Source of the DNA: Deinococcaceae bacterium
Lineage (GTDB): Bacteria; Deinococcota; Deinococci; Deinococcales; Trueperaceae
Assembly (NCBI GenBank): GCA_040256005.1
Contig: JBDZWC010000095.1
Location: 1 to 11,936, forward strand
Reading direction: 5' to 3'
Length of the DNA stretch: 11,936 nt
The translations under genes were made by a program, and so were the position numbers. Below, one piece after another: positions 10,596-11,936 of the stretch (position 1 is its first letter; every line of letters begins with the position of its first letter). The notes under the pieces were generated by a model that worked only from the letters and a program-made list of their open reading frames with translations, was not told the DNA's origin and ran no database searches.

Positions 10596-11936
10596 TCAGT
10601 GCCTGAAGTGCCTGTAGCCGGTAACGACCATCGCGAGGCCCAGTTCGTCGGCCGCGGCGAAGATCTCGTCGTCGCGGATGGAGCCGCCCGGCTGCACGAC
10701 GACGGTGACGCCCGCGGCTGCGGCGGCATCGAGACCGTCGCGGAACGGGAAGAACGCGTCCGAGGCGCAGGCGCCGCCGGCTGCCCTGCCGTTGGCTTTC
10801 CTAGCCGCGATCTCCACGGCGTCCACACGGCTCTGCTGACCGGCGCCGACTCCCACCGCCACGCCGTCTTTGACGAGCACGATCGCGTTCGACGACGTGC
10901 GGGCGCAGATCCTGTAGGCGACCTCCAGATCGAGCCACTCGGACTCGTTCGGTTGCCTACGGCTGACCACCTGCCAACAGGAACGTTCCTCCACCTCGTC
11001 GGGCCGCTGCACGAGCAGCCCGCCGTCCAGGCGCCTGACGTCTAGGCCGCTGGGACCGGGCGGGGCCATCTCGAGGACGCGCGTGTTCTTCCGTTTGCGG
11101 GCCAGGAGATCGAGCGCCTCGGCCGCGTAGCCCTGTGACACGATCACGTCCGCCTTGGGGTTCGCCGCTAGGCGCTCGGCGAGCGTCATGTCTACGAACC
11201 CAGGCAGCGCTACGACGCCACCGAAGGCGGACTTGGGGTCCGCGGCGAAGGCCCGCTCGTAGGCCGTTAGCAGGTCGCCGGTGACGGCGGCGCCGCAGGC
11301 GTTGGCATGCTTGACGATCACGCAAGCGGTGGCGGGCAGTTCGTGCGCCAGACGCCAGGCAGCTTCGGCGTCGAACAGGTTCAGGTACGAGAGCGGCTGC
11401 CCAGAGTGCTGGATCATGCCGTCCCATACGCTGGTCTCAGCCACGTACCGGTAGCGTGCTCCCGCTTGATGTGGGTTCTCGCCGTACCGCAGATCCTGCT
11501 CGCGGGTGAGCGCCAGGTTCAGATACCTAGGTAAGGGATCTTCACGTTGGAGCCACGCCACGATGGCGGCGTCGTAAGCGGCGGTGTGCGCGAAGGCCTT
11601 GATGGCCAGCCCGCGTCGCCTCTCCTCGCTGATGCCGTCGCGCAGTTCCGCCAGCACGCTCGCGTAGTCGCGTGGGTCTACGACGACGACTACCGAGGGG
11701 TGGTTCTTGGCGGCCGCTCGGATCATGGCGGGGCCGCCGATGTCTATCTGCTCGAGGGCCTCATCATCAGTAACGCCCGGCCGGGCGACCGTCTCCCTGA
11801 ACGGGTAGAGGTTGGAGACGACGATGTCCACGGGAGCGATGCCGTGCGCGGCTATCTCCCTCGTGTGCTCGGCCGTCCGTTTGGCGAGCACCCCGCCGTG
11901 GATGGCGGGGTGCAAGGTCTTGACGCGGCCCCCCAA
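10596..11936 (-). CDS. purH: bifunctional AICAR transformylase/IMP cyclohydrolase, 5' end outside the window
   Basis: GGRVKTLHPAIHGG, NLYPF, IDIGGPAMIRAAAKN, LRYGENPHQ, VKHANACG, SAFGG, GVGAGQQSRVDA, ASDAFFPFRDG, QPGGSIRD, terminal TGYRHFRH. Confidence 0.97.
   Translation of the reverse strand: MGGRVKTLHPAIHGGVLAKRTAEHTREIAAHGIAPVDIVVSNLYPFRETVARPGVTDDEALEQIDIGGPAMIRAAAKNHPSVVVVVDPRDYASVLAELRDGISEERRRGLAIKAFAHTAAYDAAIVAWLQREDPLPRYLNLALTREQDLRYGENPHQAGARYRYVAETSVWDGMIQHSGQPLSYLNLFDAEAAWRLAHELPATACVIVKHANACGAAVTGDLLTAYERAFAADPKSAFGGVVALPGFVDMTLAERLAANPKADVIVSQGYAAEALDLLARKRKNTRVLEMAPPGPSGLDVRRLDGGLLVQRPDEVEERSCWQVVSRRQPNESEWLDLEVAYRICARTSSNAIVLVKDGVAVGVGAGQQSRVDAVEIAARKANGRAAGGACASDAFFPFRDGLDAAAAAGVTVVVQPGGSIRDDEIFAAADELGLAMVVTGYRHFRH

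Overview
High-GC bacterial chromosomal window, most likely Deinococcota. The evidence is the tRNA-Asn sequence type, a Deinococcus/Thermus-type NrdJ, and repeated TANNNT-N6-ATG leaderless starts; the taxon is inferred, not searched. Left to right: partial tRNA-Asn(GTT) (-); an orphan near-consensus + strand promoter; saccharopine-dehydrogenase-like oxidoreductase and MmcQ/YjbR protein (-); MazG-like NTP pyrophosphohydrolase (+); DUF488/YeaO, NADPH-dependent FMN reductase and FAD-dependent GGR/FixC-like oxidoreductase (-); a class II (B12-dependent) ribonucleotide reductase nrdJ carrying two LAGLIDADG inteins, with an NrdR box and a structured 5' UTR (-); an unannotated alpha/beta-hydrolase relic (+); and the 3' part of purH (-). 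I see no clearly new multi-gene system. The best leads are the double-intein block with foreign-looking codon usage extending into the exteins, the candidate switchable RNA in the nrdJ leader, the orphan promoter/sRNA next to the tRNA, a leaderless uORF coupled to the FAD oxidoreductase, and the deleted/frameshifted hydrolase relic.
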